From an uncultured Bacilli bacterium (GTDB lineage Bacteria > Bacillota_I > Bacilli_A > RF39 > UBA660): DNA of 64,000 nucleotides. The notes under the pieces are model-generated. The model did no database searches. It worked only from the letters and a program-made list of their open reading frames with translations, and was not told where the DNA came from. Of this stretch, positions 47,879 through 57,978 are shown one piece after another; the stretch's first letter is position 1, and each line of letters starts with the position of its first letter. The DNA is taken from NCBI GenBank assembly GCA_934090935.1, contig CAKOKD010000001.1, positions 98,571-162,570 of the forward strand. Reading direction: 5' to 3'. The translations under genes were made by a program, and so were the position numbers.

Positions 47879-49006
47879 ATGATGTTATATTGTTTAGATA
47901 AGTATTTGCCATGGGATTATTCAAAAAAAGAAATGGAAATTTCTTCGATGAAACAAAATGGAATACTTTATGATAGTAAATTAAAGGTTTTTACCGATTT
48001 TGAAGGAAAAAGTTTTGATATTAATGGTTTAACGATATTTCCGAGAACTGGTGGAGCACAGATATGTAGTATGAACGACGAAATCACTAGGAATGGTGGA
48101 ATTCCTATTTTATCAAATGAAGAAGTGGCAATAATTAAAAATTGGCCAAATTATTATTCTACTGAAAGAAAATGTAAAATATTTAAGGGTAGTGATTTAG
48201 TTAATGCTCAAATAATTAGAAAAATAGAAGAAGATTATGGTGAAGAAATATTTTTTAAAACTAAAACAAAAAACTTCAGTGCGGTTATTCCAGTAAAATT
48301 ACTTGCTGATTCGGAGTGTGCATTTTATAAAACTTTGATGTATCATCTAGATGATGATTTTATCATAAGCAGAAAAGTTGATATTTTAGAGGATAATCTT
48401 GGGCCAAAAGAATATAGATGTTTTGTCATCAATAATGAAATATATAATATATCTAGATTTACAACTACTGTTTTACATGGTATAGATCCTGAAGTATTAA
48501 ACTTTTTAGAATGTGTTATTGCAGGTTTAAAGGGTGTATTTCCTGGTTTTTATGCTTTAGATTTGTTTGAATATCAAATAGATGGTCAAAGATATCTTGA
48601 TGTTTTAGAGTTTAATCCGATTCAAGCTGCTGGTCCTTATCTTTACAATTCATGTATCAATAAAAGTGATGATCTTATGCATAAAGATATAAAAAGGGCC
48701 TCTTCCGAATTTATTGATAAAATGGATGAGTTCACAACTGATGGAAAAGTATTTAAAGGTGGATCGAATTTATATGATTATCCGGATGGCTTTTCTAATC
48801 ATTTAAGAAGCATTTGTTTAACTGGGAATATAGGAACAAGATTTGTTCATGGTATGCATTTAACAGAGGAAGTATTTGCAAGACATAAACCTTTATTGAA
48901 TCTTTCAGCTCCTATTTTAACTGATAGTGATCTTTTAAAAGGTGAACAAGAACCGGAAATGATGGAAAATGAAAAAAAACTTTTGAAGGAAAACAAGGAA
49001 GAGTAA
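47879..49006 (+). CDS. ATP-grasp domain protein.
   Basis: EYRCFVINNEIY and ALDLFEY.IDGQRYLDVLEFNP correspond to ATP-grasp C-terminal Mg/ATP motifs. Confidence 0.55.
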   Translation: MMLYCLDKYLPWDYSKKEMEISSMKQNGILYDSKLKVFTDFEGKSFDINGLTIFPRTGGAQICSMNDEITRNGGIPILSNEEVAIIKNWPNYYSTERKCKIFKGSDLVNAQIIRKIEEDYGEEIFFKTKTKNFSAVIPVKLLADSECAFYKTLMYHLDDDFIISRKVDILEDNLGPKEYRCFVINNEIYNISRFTTTVLHGIDPEVLNFLECVIAGLKGVFPGFYALDLFEYQIDGQRYLDVLEFNPIQAAGPYLYNSCINKSDDLMHKDIKRASSEFIDKMDEFTTDGKVFKGGSNLYDYPDGFSNHLRSICLTGNIGTRFVHGMHLTEEVFARHKPLLNLSAPILTDSDLLKGEQEPEMMENEKKLLKENKEE

Positions 49007-49165
49007 TTAGTAAAAATATATAGGAAGCCACAAATTGGTTTCCTTGCTTTATTTAGTAAATTTGTGATATTAATGATAATTGTCTGATTAACTTAATATA
49101 ATATTGAAATTAATTGAAGAAATGAATTTTAGAGAGTATAATATTATTGATTTTTAGGTGAAAAT

Positions 49166-50080
49166 ATGGCATTAACGTTTATTATTGAAGAATATTATAA
49201 TTTAATTTGTGAAATGAATTATTTATTAATTATATTAAATGGAATATTAGAAGATAGAGAGAATATTAAATTTGTAAAAGAAAAAATATTAATAAATGAC
49301 AATTTTAAACATGTGGATATAGAAAATATTTTAAAATATTTACATAATTCAATAGATGATAATGATTTGAATCGTAAGATTATAAATTATTTAAGGAACT
49401 TAATGACGTTTGCTAAAAAATACAATATTGATTCATTTAAAGAAATAGAAGATAAGATTTTAGAATTATGGAATCAAGAACATATTTACGATGAATCATT
49501 ATTGAAATATATTATTAGAATAGACTCGGATATTCTATATAAAATATATATTGATATGGTAAGAGAAAATTTGATTAAAGATCCAAACATTTGCATTGGT
49601 ACTTCGTATGAGCCATTGTTTACAATTCTTCCTGAGAAGAAAGAATTGTTGATTTATAATTTAATGGTTATTGCTAATCCCATAGTAGACTGGACTATAT
49701 TGAGAAATGGAACAATTGCACTAGAATTTTTTATTTATAAATATGAAACCAATGAAGATAAGTCATTAAAGAAATACTATCATGATATAATTATGATTGC
49801 TATAAAAGGCAATATGTGTGTATTTAATAATAGATATTTTAAAAACTCAAGACATAGTTGTTTTGAAAACGTAACAGGACTATATTTATTGTCTTTATAT
49901 AATGATGAAAATATCCGAGGTTTACATAGTAGACTAAGTGATGATAATCTTATAAAAGAAATAAGAGAATATTTAATAAGCAATGATGGTTTTAATCATC
50001 AATTAGAATTATATAAAGAATATAATTTTCAAGGAGATAGCGGTTTAAATCAATTAAAATTATTAAGAAACTGTGAATAG
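49166..50080 (+). CDS. Hypothetical protein (304 aa).
   Basis: ORF only. Confidence 0.35.
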   Translation: MALTFIIEEYYNLICEMNYLLIILNGILEDRENIKFVKEKILINDNFKHVDIENILKYLHNSIDDNDLNRKIINYLRNLMTFAKKYNIDSFKEIEDKILELWNQEHIYDESLLKYIIRIDSDILYKIYIDMVRENLIKDPNICIGTSYEPLFTILPEKKELLIYNLMVIANPIVDWTILRNGTIALEFFIYKYETNEDKSLKKYYHDIIMIAIKGNMCVFNNRYFKNSRHSCFENVTGLYLLSLYNDENIRGLHSRLSDDNLIKEIREYLISNDGFNHQLELYKEYNFQGDSGLNQLKLLRNCE

Positions 50081-50158
50081 TCTTTTTAAATATATATGAT
50101 AAGGACAAGATATAAAGGAAGTTCCTTGTTCCATTGTATATAAAATGATAAAATACAA

Positions 50159-50461
50159 ATGATTAAAATGAAGGTAATTATGTTTAAATTAGTTTCAAAA
50201 TATAAACCAAATGGAGATCAACCTGAAGTTATTCAAGAACTTGTAGATGGTGTAAATGCCGGTGTACATGTAGGTGCAACGGGAACAGGTAAAAATTTTA
50301 CAGTTGCTAATGTAATTGAAAAAACAAATCGTCCAACTTTGGTTTTAGCTCATAACAAAACTTCAGCAGGACAACTTTATTCAGAATTAAAAGAATTATT
50401 TCCTGAAAATCATGTAGAATATTTTGTGTCTTATCATGGAACATTATACTTTCATAAATAA
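50159..50461 (+). pseudogene. Degenerate duplicated 5' fragment of uvrB (about 95 codons, diverged and truncated).
   Basis: ~90% nucleotide identity to 51021-51290, including the upstream promoter region. It carries a 12-nt deletion and several substitutions. After ...VSY it diverges to a stop. Confidence 0.8.
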
Positions 50462-50472
50462 AGGAGAAAAAA

Positions 50473-50895
50473 ATGCAAAAAAAAATAAGTTTTATGACCT
50501 TGAATGGTGTAAATATTGGAATAAGCAAAATTGAATTAAATAAATCGGATTTAATAATTGTTGATAAATCTGGTAAATATTGTTTAGAAATCTGTGTGCA
50601 ATATAATTGGAAAGATATCAATAACATAAAAATTGGTCAAAAACAAGAGGTTGATTTTAATGAATATTGTTTAGCTGAAAACAATGAACCTGCTTTAATT
50701 TGGCCATCTAGTTGTTACGTAGAAAAAATAAGTGACGATTCTATATGTTTTAATTTGGAATTTAAAAATTTATCTAATTCGACACATTATATGAATAAAA
50801 GAGATTGTTTTGATATTAAGTTAAATTCTCTTGAGGCAAAGATTTTTATTGATTATAAAGATGCAATAGATGATTCTATTATATATAATTTATAA
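50473..50895 (+). CDS. Hypothetical 140-aa protein carried between the uvrB 5' duplications.
   Basis: ORF with a GGAG RBS immediately after the uvrB' fragment. Confidence 0.45.
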   Translation: MQKKISFMTLNGVNIGISKIELNKSDLIIVDKSGKYCLEICVQYNWKDINNIKIGQKQEVDFNEYCLAENNEPALIWPSSCYVEKISDDSICFNLEFKNLSNSTHYMNKRDCFDIKLNSLEAKIFIDYKDAIDDSIIYNL

Positions 50896-51020
50896 AAAAA
50901 GAAACTGTTATGATTGAAAATAAAATAATGCATAATAATGTAAAAAGAAGCATCAAAGTAGCTTCCTTGTTTTATTGTATATAAAATGATAAAATACAAA
51001 TAATTAAAAAGGAGGTAATT

Positions 51021-52970
51021 ATGTTTAAATTAGTTTCAAAATATAAACCAAATGGAGATCAACCTGAAGCTATTCAAGAACTTGTAGATGGTGTAAATGT
51101 GGGTGTACGTGATCAAGTTCTTTTAGGTGCAACAGGAACAGGTAAAACATTTACAATTGCTAATGTAATTGAAAAAACAAATCGTCCAACTTTGGTTTTA
51201 GCTCATAACAAAACTTTAGCAGGACAACTTTATTCAGAATTAAAAGAATTATTTCCTGAAAATCATGTAGAATATTTTGTATCCTATTACGATTATTATC
51301 AACCTGAAGCATATGTACCTTCAAGTGATACTTATATTGAAAAAGATGCAAGCATTAATGATGAAATAGATGAATTAAGACATTCAGCAACAAGTGCTCT
51401 TTTAACTTATGATGATGTTATTGTAGTATCAAGTGTTTCATGTATATATGGAATAGGGGATCCGGATGACTATAAAAATCATATGTTAATACTTACTAAA
51501 GGAGATACAATTGCTAGAAATGAACTTTTAAATCGTTTAATCGATATGAATTATGAAAGAAATCAAGTTGATTTTCATAGAGGTACCTTTAGAGCTAATG
51601 GGGATACAATTGATATAGTTCCAATAGCTGAAAAGAAAAATGGAATTCGTATTGAACTTTTTGGAGATGAAGTCGATAGAATTAGTGAATTTGATATACT
51701 AACTGGTACAATTATAAAATCCAAAAAAAGTGTTACTTTATTTCCAGCAACTCATTTTGTTACCAATAAAGACAAGCTTGAAGAAGCATGTAATAGAATT
51801 GAAGATGAACTTCATAAACGAGAAAAAGAATTGATTGATAACAATAAACTTTTGGAAGAACAACGTCTTAGAGAAAGATGTGAATATGATGTAGAAATGC
51901 TTCGTGAAACGGGATTTTGTCATGGTATTGAAAACTATTCAAGACATCTTGCATTAAGAGAAGAAGGGGAAACTCCATCAACATTGATAGACTTCTTTCC
52001 TAAAAATTTTTTACTTGTAATAGATGAATCACACGTAACTGTTCCTCAAATAAGAGGTATGTATAATGGAGATAGAATGCGTAAACAAACATTAGTTGAT
52101 TATGGTTTCCGTTTACCTAGTGCAATGGATAATAGACCACTTAAATTTGATGAATTTAATAAAAAGGTTAATCAAGTCATTTATGTTTCAGCTACTCCAG
52201 GTGATTATGAACTTGAACTTGTAAATGGAAAATGTGCTGAACAAATCATTAGACCAACAGGTCTTTTGGATCCAACTATTGAGGTTAAAAAGACTGAAGG
52301 TCAAATAGATGATTTAATAAGTGAAATACGAACTAGAATGAAAAAGAATGAAAGAGTTCTTGTTACTACACTTACAATACGTATGGCAGAAGAATTAACA
52401 TCTTATTTAAAAAGTGTCGGAATAAAAGTTCAATATCTTCATAGTGAAGTACATACTCTTGAACGACTTAAAATTATAAGAGAACTCCGTATGGGAAAAT
52501 ATGATTGTTTAGTTGGTATCAATCTTTTAAGAGAAGGTATTGATTTACCTGAAGTTTCCTTAATTGCCATAATGGATGCTGATAAACAAGGTTTTTTAAG
52601 AAGTGATAGATCACTTATCCAAATAATTGGAAGATGCGCACGTAATGCCAATGGACATGTTATAATGTATGCTGATACCATAAGTGAATCGATGGATAAG
52701 GCTATAAAAGAAACTGAAAGAAGAAGAAGTATTCAAGAAGAATATAATCGTGTTCATGGAATAATTCCTAAAACAATTGTAAAAGAAATAAAAGAAGTAA
52801 TCAGCAATACTGATGAAGAAAAGATTGTTGAAAATAAAAAGATGAGTAAGAAAGATAAAGAATTAATCGCTGAAAACATTGAACGCGAGATGAAAGAAGC
52901 TGCTAAAAACTTGGATTTTGAACGTGCAATGGAACTTAGAGATATATTATTTGAACTTAAAAGTCAATAA
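51021..52970 (+). CDS. uvrB: Excinuclease ABC subunit B.
   Basis: GATGTGKT Walker [11 protein letters not shown] beta-hairpin region. DESH box. C-terminal UVR domain ([11 protein letters not shown]). AGGAGG RBS. Confidence 0.95.
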   Translation: MFKLVSKYKPNGDQPEAIQELVDGVNVGVRDQVLLGATGTGKTFTIANVIEKTNRPTLVLAHNKTLAGQLYSELKELFPENHVEYFVSYYDYYQPEAYVPSSDTYIEKDASINDEIDELRHSATSALLTYDDVIVVSSVSCIYGIGDPDDYKNHMLILTKGDTIARNELLNRLIDMNYERNQVDFHRGTFRANGDTIDIVPIAEKKNGIRIELFGDEVDRISEFDILTGTIIKSKKSVTLFPATHFVTNKDKLEEACNRIEDELHKREKELIDNNKLLEEQRLRERCEYDVEMLRETGFCHGIENYSRHLALREEGETPSTLIDFFPKNFLLVIDESHVTVPQIRGMYNGDRMRKQTLVDYGFRLPSAMDNRPLKFDEFNKKVNQVIYVSATPGDYELELVNGKCAEQIIRPTGLLDPTIEVKKTEGQIDDLISEIRTRMKKNERVLVTTLTIRMAEELTSYLKSVGIKVQYLHSEVHTLERLKIIRELRMGKYDCLVGINLLREGIDLPEVSLIAIMDADKQGFLRSDRSLIQIIGRCARNANGHVIMYADTISESMDKAIKETERRRSIQEEYNRVHGIIPKTIVKEIKEVISNTDEEKIVENKKMSKKDKELIAENIEREMKEAAKNLDFERAMELRDILFELKSQ

Positions 52971-53025
52971 TTCTTTTTTTCTTTTTAGTTTTATGGTATT
53001 ATTTTATTAGAATAGGATTGGTGTT

Positions 53026-53745
53026 ATGAAAAGTGTGAGCTATGAAAACAAAGTTGTACTTGGTTTTATTGATTTTATATTGTTTATTGTTAAATGGTTA
53101 GCGTTATGTCTATGTGTAATATATACAGCTTTAACTATTGGTTTAGTAGTGATGAATATAATTGAAAATAGCCCTGAAGCAAGTACTTTTTTCCTATCGA
53201 TGGTATCGTCTATTACAACGTATTCCTTTAATGAAGCATCAGTTGTTGTAAATAATATAGGAAAGATGCATCTACTTATTGGAACTATTGGGCTTGGAGT
53301 TATTTTTTCATTGAATTATCTTTTATTATATATGATATCCACAAGAGCTATAAAACTATTTAAAAGTTTCTCAATAGGAGATATATATTCAAAAGAAAAT
53401 TTGACTTTGGTGGATAAGATTATTGCATTTGCTTTGATCTATGCGTTTTTATTGCCAATTGTAAAATACTTTTTTATGATCTTTATAGGAATGCCAGATT
53501 TTGCAAATTCAAGTTCTATAGGTTTGATATTTATAATACTTGCCGTTATAGTTAAAATGTTGCTTGAAAGTGGTTATAATATTCAAGTGAAATTAAATAG
53601 AGTTACTCTTGAACTTTCAGATATAAAAGCAAGTGAAGAAGAAAAAAATGTTGAAACTATAAAAAGTGAAGCAAAACAAAAAGAAGAAAAAAAAGTAAAT
53701 AAAAATTATAAAAGAAAACAAACAAAGAAAACTACTACAAAATAA
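53026..53745 (+). CDS. Membrane protein of unknown function with a lysine-rich C-terminal tail.
   Basis: 4-5 TM helices. C-terminal KQKEEKKVNKNYKRKQTKK. Confidence 0.45.
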   Translation: MKSVSYENKVVLGFIDFILFIVKWLALCLCVIYTALTIGLVVMNIIENSPEASTFFLSMVSSITTYSFNEASVVVNNIGKMHLLIGTIGLGVIFSLNYLLLYMISTRAIKLFKSFSIGDIYSKENLTLVDKIIAFALIYAFLLPIVKYFFMIFIGMPDFANSSSIGLIFIILAVIVKMLLESGYNIQVKLNRVTLELSDIKASEEEKNVETIKSEAKQKEEKKVNKNYKRKQTKKTTTK

Positions 53746-53768
53746 GGTAGTAGTTTTTAAACGAGGGG

Positions 53769-55400
53769 ATGAATGTAGTGGAACCAATATATGTATTTGG
53801 ACATAAAAATCCAGACACGGATTCAGTAACAGGTGCGATTTCATATGCTTATTTAAAAAACAAATTAGGTGTAAATGCGGTACCTAAAGTTCTTGGATCA
53901 TTAAGCAAAGAAACAGAGTTTGTTCTTAACTATTTTAATGTTCCAAGACCAGCGTATTTAAATGATGTAAAAGTTCAACTTAAAGATGTTAATTTTCATA
54001 AGAATTATGTCCTTAATGAAAATAAACCGATTATAGATGCTTTTAATGTTATGAATGTTAATGCTATAACAGGTTTACCTTTGGTGGATGATAATAGAAT
54101 GTTTAAAGGATATGTTTCATTAAAGGAAATCGCGGCTGATATGATATATAATGAAAATTTACTTGTAGATACAGATTTTTTAAATTTGGTTAGAGTTTTG
54201 GATTCTACAGATTATATGATGTTTGATAATCATATTACTGGTTATGCTCATGCAGCTACATTTGATGATGAAACTTTTATAAATAATATTGAGCTTGATC
54301 ATGAATCCATTTTGATAACTGGTGATCGTGAAAAGTTAATTGAGCATGCTATTGAAAGAGGAGTTAAGTTAATTATTTTGATAAAAAATAGATCTTTATC
54401 AAAACGCCTTAGAAGCCTTACTCAAAAAAAACATATAAATATAATCAGCAGTCCAAAGAGTTCTTTTAAAATAGCGCGTGTATTATGTCTTGCAAATCCG
54501 ATTAAGACGATTAAAAGAGGTCAAGCAACTGTTTATTTTAATGAACTTGATTATTTGACTTATTTTAATGATGAGACTAGCAAACTTAAACATACTAATT
54601 ATCCAATTGTTAATAATAAAGGTGTTTGTTTAGGAATGCTTAGAACAATTGAAGCTCATGAGGTTAAAAGAAAAAAGGTTATATTGGTTGACCATAATAT
54701 GAGCAGTCAATCGGTTGATGGATTATATGAATCAGATATTGTTGAGATAATCGATCATCATAATATAGGCGATATTAACACCAGTATGCCAATAAATTTT
54801 AGAAATATGTCTGTTGGATCAGTTAATACAATAATTCATGAGTTATATAAGGAAAATGGTGTAAAGATTCCTTCTTCAATAGCTGGTTTAATGTTAAGTG
54901 GTATTATCTCAGATACATTACTGCTACAAAGTCCAACAACAACTGAACTTGATAGAGCTGTTGCTAAAAGTTTAGCTAAGATTGCAAAAGTTGATATAAA
55001 AAAATATGGTATAAAGATGCTTGAAAGCGGTGTTGATATAAAAGGCTTATCAGCAAATGAAATCATCTATAAAGATTTTAAAACATATAAGATCAATGAT
55101 CATTCGATGTCTATTGGTCAAGTTTTTACAACTGATTATAAATTGTTTAAAGATCGTGAAAGTGAATTAATTGAAGAACTTAATCAAATAGCAAGAAATC
55201 ATGAATATGTTGTGTGTGCTTTGTTTGTCACTAACTTTTTAACCAATGATTCTAATATTCTATTCTCAGATAATTCAAAAAGAATACTAGAACAAGCTTA
55301 TAATAAGAACGACTTAAAAGAAGGTGCAATACTAAAAAATGTTGTTTCTAGAAAGAAACAAATGGTTCCTTGTATAATGGAAGTTGTTGAGCATCTATAA
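53769..55400 (+). CDS. ppaC: Manganese-dependent inorganic pyrophosphatase (family II, DHH-DHHA2) with a CBS-domain insert.
   Basis: N-terminal IYVFGHKNPDTDSV. DHH motif VDHN. DHHA2 region. The 543-aa length is consistent with the CBS-PPase subtype. Confidence 0.85.
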   Translation: MNVVEPIYVFGHKNPDTDSVTGAISYAYLKNKLGVNAVPKVLGSLSKETEFVLNYFNVPRPAYLNDVKVQLKDVNFHKNYVLNENKPIIDAFNVMNVNAITGLPLVDDNRMFKGYVSLKEIAADMIYNENLLVDTDFLNLVRVLDSTDYMMFDNHITGYAHAATFDDETFINNIELDHESILITGDREKLIEHAIERGVKLIILIKNRSLSKRLRSLTQKKHINIISSPKSSFKIARVLCLANPIKTIKRGQATVYFNELDYLTYFNDETSKLKHTNYPIVNNKGVCLGMLRTIEAHEVKRKKVILVDHNMSSQSVDGLYESDIVEIIDHHNIGDINTSMPINFRNMSVGSVNTIIHELYKENGVKIPSSIAGLMLSGIISDTLLLQSPTTTELDRAVAKSLAKIAKVDIKKYGIKMLESGVDIKGLSANEIIYKDFKTYKINDHSMSIGQVFTTDYKLFKDRESELIEELNQIARNHEYVVCALFVTNFLTNDSNILFSDNSKRILEQAYNKNDLKEGAILKNVVSRKKQMVPCIMEVVEHL

Positions 55401-55461
55401 ATAAAAATAACTTTTTTGTACTATTTTAAATGATTGATAATATGATATTAGTGTAGCAGAT

Positions 55462-55490
55462 TTGCAATTTTTCTGTATTTTTGCTATAAT
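55462..55490 (+). promoter_or_regulatory. Strong sigma-A promoter (TTGCAA, 17 nt, TATAAT).
   Basis: Exact hexamers with 17-nt spacing, seen directly. Confidence 0.6.
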
Positions 55491-55496
55491 TATCTT

Positions 55497-56000
55497 GTGT
55501 GGTGCATTATGCTAGTCATTACACTATTTGAAGGTAGGGCTAAAAATCTACCAATTGTACAAATGAGACTTCATATGTTTGCTTCTTCTGCCCAAGTTGG
55601 GGTGGATATATGATTTAAAATTTAAGGATACCTCATAATGGCATATGAAATATTCCTTTTATTGCCTCACTTATACAAATAATGATTAACGTACATGATG
55701 TGAGTGATTACTAGGGATATTATTTGAAATAGTAATTGCAAAAGCATATAAGGATAGTCACTTATGTTAGGGAAAACCTCTAGCGTGTATATATCGTAGG
55801 TATTAAAGTGCGGACTAAGTGGTAATCGAGTAGTTAGAGCGGCAACGCCTAGCTGCTTCATTTAAAACGAAAGTGCTTTAGGGTAACCGAAAGTATGAAA
55901 GTAGAGAAATTCAACTCGACCAAAGCCGTAAAATTGATCTATGATATACCATACAACTATACTTTAATTTTTGGGGAAAACCGGATTAAAGTTTTTTTTT
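55497..56000 (+). ncRNA. ~500-nt structured 5' leader (candidate riboswitch/attenuator) ending in an intrinsic terminator.
   Basis: Promoter at 55462. Locally GC-richer sequence with several hairpins (GGTAG...CTACC; CCCAAgTTGGG). Terminator ACTTTAAT-16nt-ATTAAAGT+T9 at 55961-56000, ending 35 nt before ATG 56035. Confidence 0.4.
55961..56000 (+). terminator. Intrinsic terminator (leader attenuator).
   Basis: 8-bp stem ACTTTAAT/ATTAAAGT, 16-nt loop, T9 run. Confidence 0.65.
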
Positions 56001-56034
56001 GCAATTTTTTTGATATAATTAGGATAGGTGATGA

Positions 56035-56551
56035 TATGGAAAAGAAATGGATTATTAAAGTCTTTATTTTAACATTTGTTTTATCTGTTTGTTTTAGTTC
56101 AATTACTAATGTATTAACAGCTTCTTTAAATGATGTGTTTTTAATAATTATTTTATTGTTAGTAATTGGAATTGGTATTTTATTTGATATAATTGGTACG
56201 GCAACTATGAGTGCTAATGAAGCATCTTTTCATGCAATTGCAAGTAAAAAGATAAGTGGTGCAAGAGAATCAATCAATATGCTTAAAAACAAGAATAAGA
56301 TATCAAGTATATGTAATGATATCATTGGAGATGTCTGTGGAATTATTTCTGGTGGGTTAGGTGCTGTAATAGCTATATCCTTATCCACTAATACGGGCTT
56401 TAATAGTGTCGTTATATCAGTTTTAGTTTCAGCATTTATTTCATCATTAACTGTTGGTGGAAAAGCTATATTTAAAAGTGTTGCAATTAAAAATGCCGAT
56501 AGTATTATTTTTAGTGTTGGAAAAGTAAAACATTTTTTGAGGTTAAAATAA
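56035..56551 (+). CDS. Small polytopic membrane protein of unknown function.
   Basis: AGGTGA RBS before MEKKW. 4 TM helices. IGDVCGIISGGLGAV motif. The ORF-track start at 55895 would span the terminator, so the later start is preferred. Confidence 0.5.
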
Positions 56552-56552
56552 T

Positions 56553-57146
56553 ATGAAAAAATCTTTTTATCTATTCGTTTTTCTTTTCTTTGCCGATGCT
56601 TTTTTAGTTTTGTCTGGAATTAGTAGTAGTTTTGATAATGCTATATCGTTATTTTTTTCAGTACACAATAATATGATTTTAACTAATATTTTTAAAATTA
56701 TATCGTTTATTTGTAGTCCAAAATTTATGATTATTTTAAATGTCTTACTATTTATTTTTATAATTGTAAAGAAGAAATATAAATTATCCATTATTGTTTT
56801 ATCAAGTATTTCAAGTGTAATATTTAATAATTTGGTCAAAATAATTGTTAGAAGAGAAAGACCTGATTATTTAAGAATGGTTGTGGAAAAATCATATTCT
56901 TTTCCTTCTGGACATACAATGATATCGGTTTTGTTTTTTGGAAGTATTATTTATTTAGTCAATAAATATAATTTAAAGCATAAAAAGTTAATAACTTTTA
57001 GTTTATCAACATTTATATTATTAGTTGGAATATCTAGAATATATTTGGGAGTACATTATTTAACTGATGTTGTTGGGGGATATCTTTTAGGTATTGTTGT
57101 ACTATTTTTTATTATTCATATATTAGAAAGGAAAAAGTTAGTATGA
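56553..57146 (+). CDS. PAP2-family phosphatase (undecaprenyl-diphosphatase / lipid phosphatase type).
   Basis: KIIVRRERPD, PSGHT and SRIYLGVHYLTDVVGG (PAP2 motifs). Confidence 0.8.
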   Translation: MKKSFYLFVFLFFADAFLVLSGISSSFDNAISLFFSVHNNMILTNIFKIISFICSPKFMIILNVLLFIFIIVKKKYKLSIIVLSSISSVIFNNLVKIIVRRERPDYLRMVVEKSYSFPSGHTMISVLFFGSIIYLVNKYNLKHKKLITFSLSTFILLVGISRIYLGVHYLTDVVGGYLLGIVVLFFIIHILERKKLV

Positions 57147-57898
57147 AAGCACTTATAACGGGAGCTTCTAGTGGAATAGGTAAAGACATTGCTTGTATAT
57201 TAAGTGATCTTGGATATGATCTAATAGTTGTTGCTAGGAGAAAAACTATTTTAAATGAGTTAAAAAAGAAGGTTAAAACGAATGTTTCAGTTATACCATT
57301 AGATTTATCGGAAGAGGATAATCTTGAAACTTTGTGGAACGAAGTTAAAGATGAAGATATCGATATTTTAGTCAACAATGCTGGGTTTGGTTTGTTTGGT
57401 GAATTTGATAAAACGGATTTAGATACTGAATTTAAAATGATAGATGTTAATATTAAAGCGGTCCACTATTTAACCAAGAAGTTTTTAATTAAGTTTAAAG
57501 AAAAGAACTCAGGACATATTTTAAATGTTGCATCTTCTGCAGGATTTATGGCTGGTCCAAAGTTAAGTACATATTATGCAACTAAAAATTATGTATTAAG
57601 ACTTACAGAGGCTATATATGAAGAATTAAAAGTTGATAAAAGCAATGTAAAAATATCTTGTTTATGTCCAGGTCCAGTTGATACTGAATTTAATAAAGTT
57701 GCTCATGGTGAGTTTCATACATCATCTTTATCAAGTGAATATGTTGCTAAATATGCGGTTAAAGAAATGTTTAAAAATAAACTATATATTATTCCATCAT
57801 TTAAAATGAAAGTAGCAGTTTTTCTTACGAGACTTACTCCGAGAAAATTGCTTCTTAAAATAACTTATAAAATTCAGGATAGAAAGAGTCGTGTTTAA
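57143..57898 (+). CDS. SDR-family short-chain dehydrogenase.
   Basis: TGASSGIGKDIA, NNAG, and YxxxK in SSAGFMAGPKLSTYYATK. A 4-nt overlap with the PAP2 gene. Confidence 0.85.
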   Translation: MKALITGASSGIGKDIACILSDLGYDLIVVARRKTILNELKKKVKTNVSVIPLDLSEEDNLETLWNEVKDEDIDILVNNAGFGLFGEFDKTDLDTEFKMIDVNIKAVHYLTKKFLIKFKEKNSGHILNVASSAGFMAGPKLSTYYATKNYVLRLTEAIYEELKVDKSNVKISCLCPGPVDTEFNKVAHGEFHTSSLSSEYVAKYAVKEMFKNKLYIIPSFKMKVAVFLTRLTPRKLLLKITYKIQDRKSRV

Positions 57899-57978
57899 CG
57901 ATTTTTTTATGTAAAGTAACTTTTTTAAAACGTTTAAATTAATGATGTTGTGCTATAATTTATTATAGGAGGCATAAT

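Larger units (their letters stand above)
50118..51290 (+). repeat. Two ~330-bp direct repeats (50118-50445 and 50958-51290) bracketing an 840-bp segment.
   Basis: Seen by alignment of the two copies: ...ttccttgtt..attgtatataaaatgataaaatacaaat.attaaaa...atgtttaaattagtttcaaaatataaaccaaatggagatcaacctgaag... Confidence 0.8.

Noticed and set aside
50159-50461. Treating the 100-aa uvrB-like ORF as a functional gene.
   Set aside because: It is a truncated, mutated copy of the first ~95 codons of the adjacent full-length uvrB, with a deletion in the Walker A region. It cannot encode a functional UvrB.
55497-56000. tmRNA, RNase P RNA, or T-box identity for the long leader.
   Set aside because: The leader lacks the GAGGAAAGUCC/ACAGAAUG motifs of RNase P. 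It lacks the GGGG 5' end and tRNA-like CCA 3' end of tmRNA. It lacks the AAnnnGGGTGGnACCGCG T-box sequence. It is kept as an unclassified structured leader.
55895-56034. ORF-track start at 55895 for the membrane protein (MKVEKFNSTK...).
   Set aside because: That N-terminal extension would be translated across a strong intrinsic terminator hairpin and T-run, and it lacks an RBS. ATG 56035 has AGGTGA at proper spacing.
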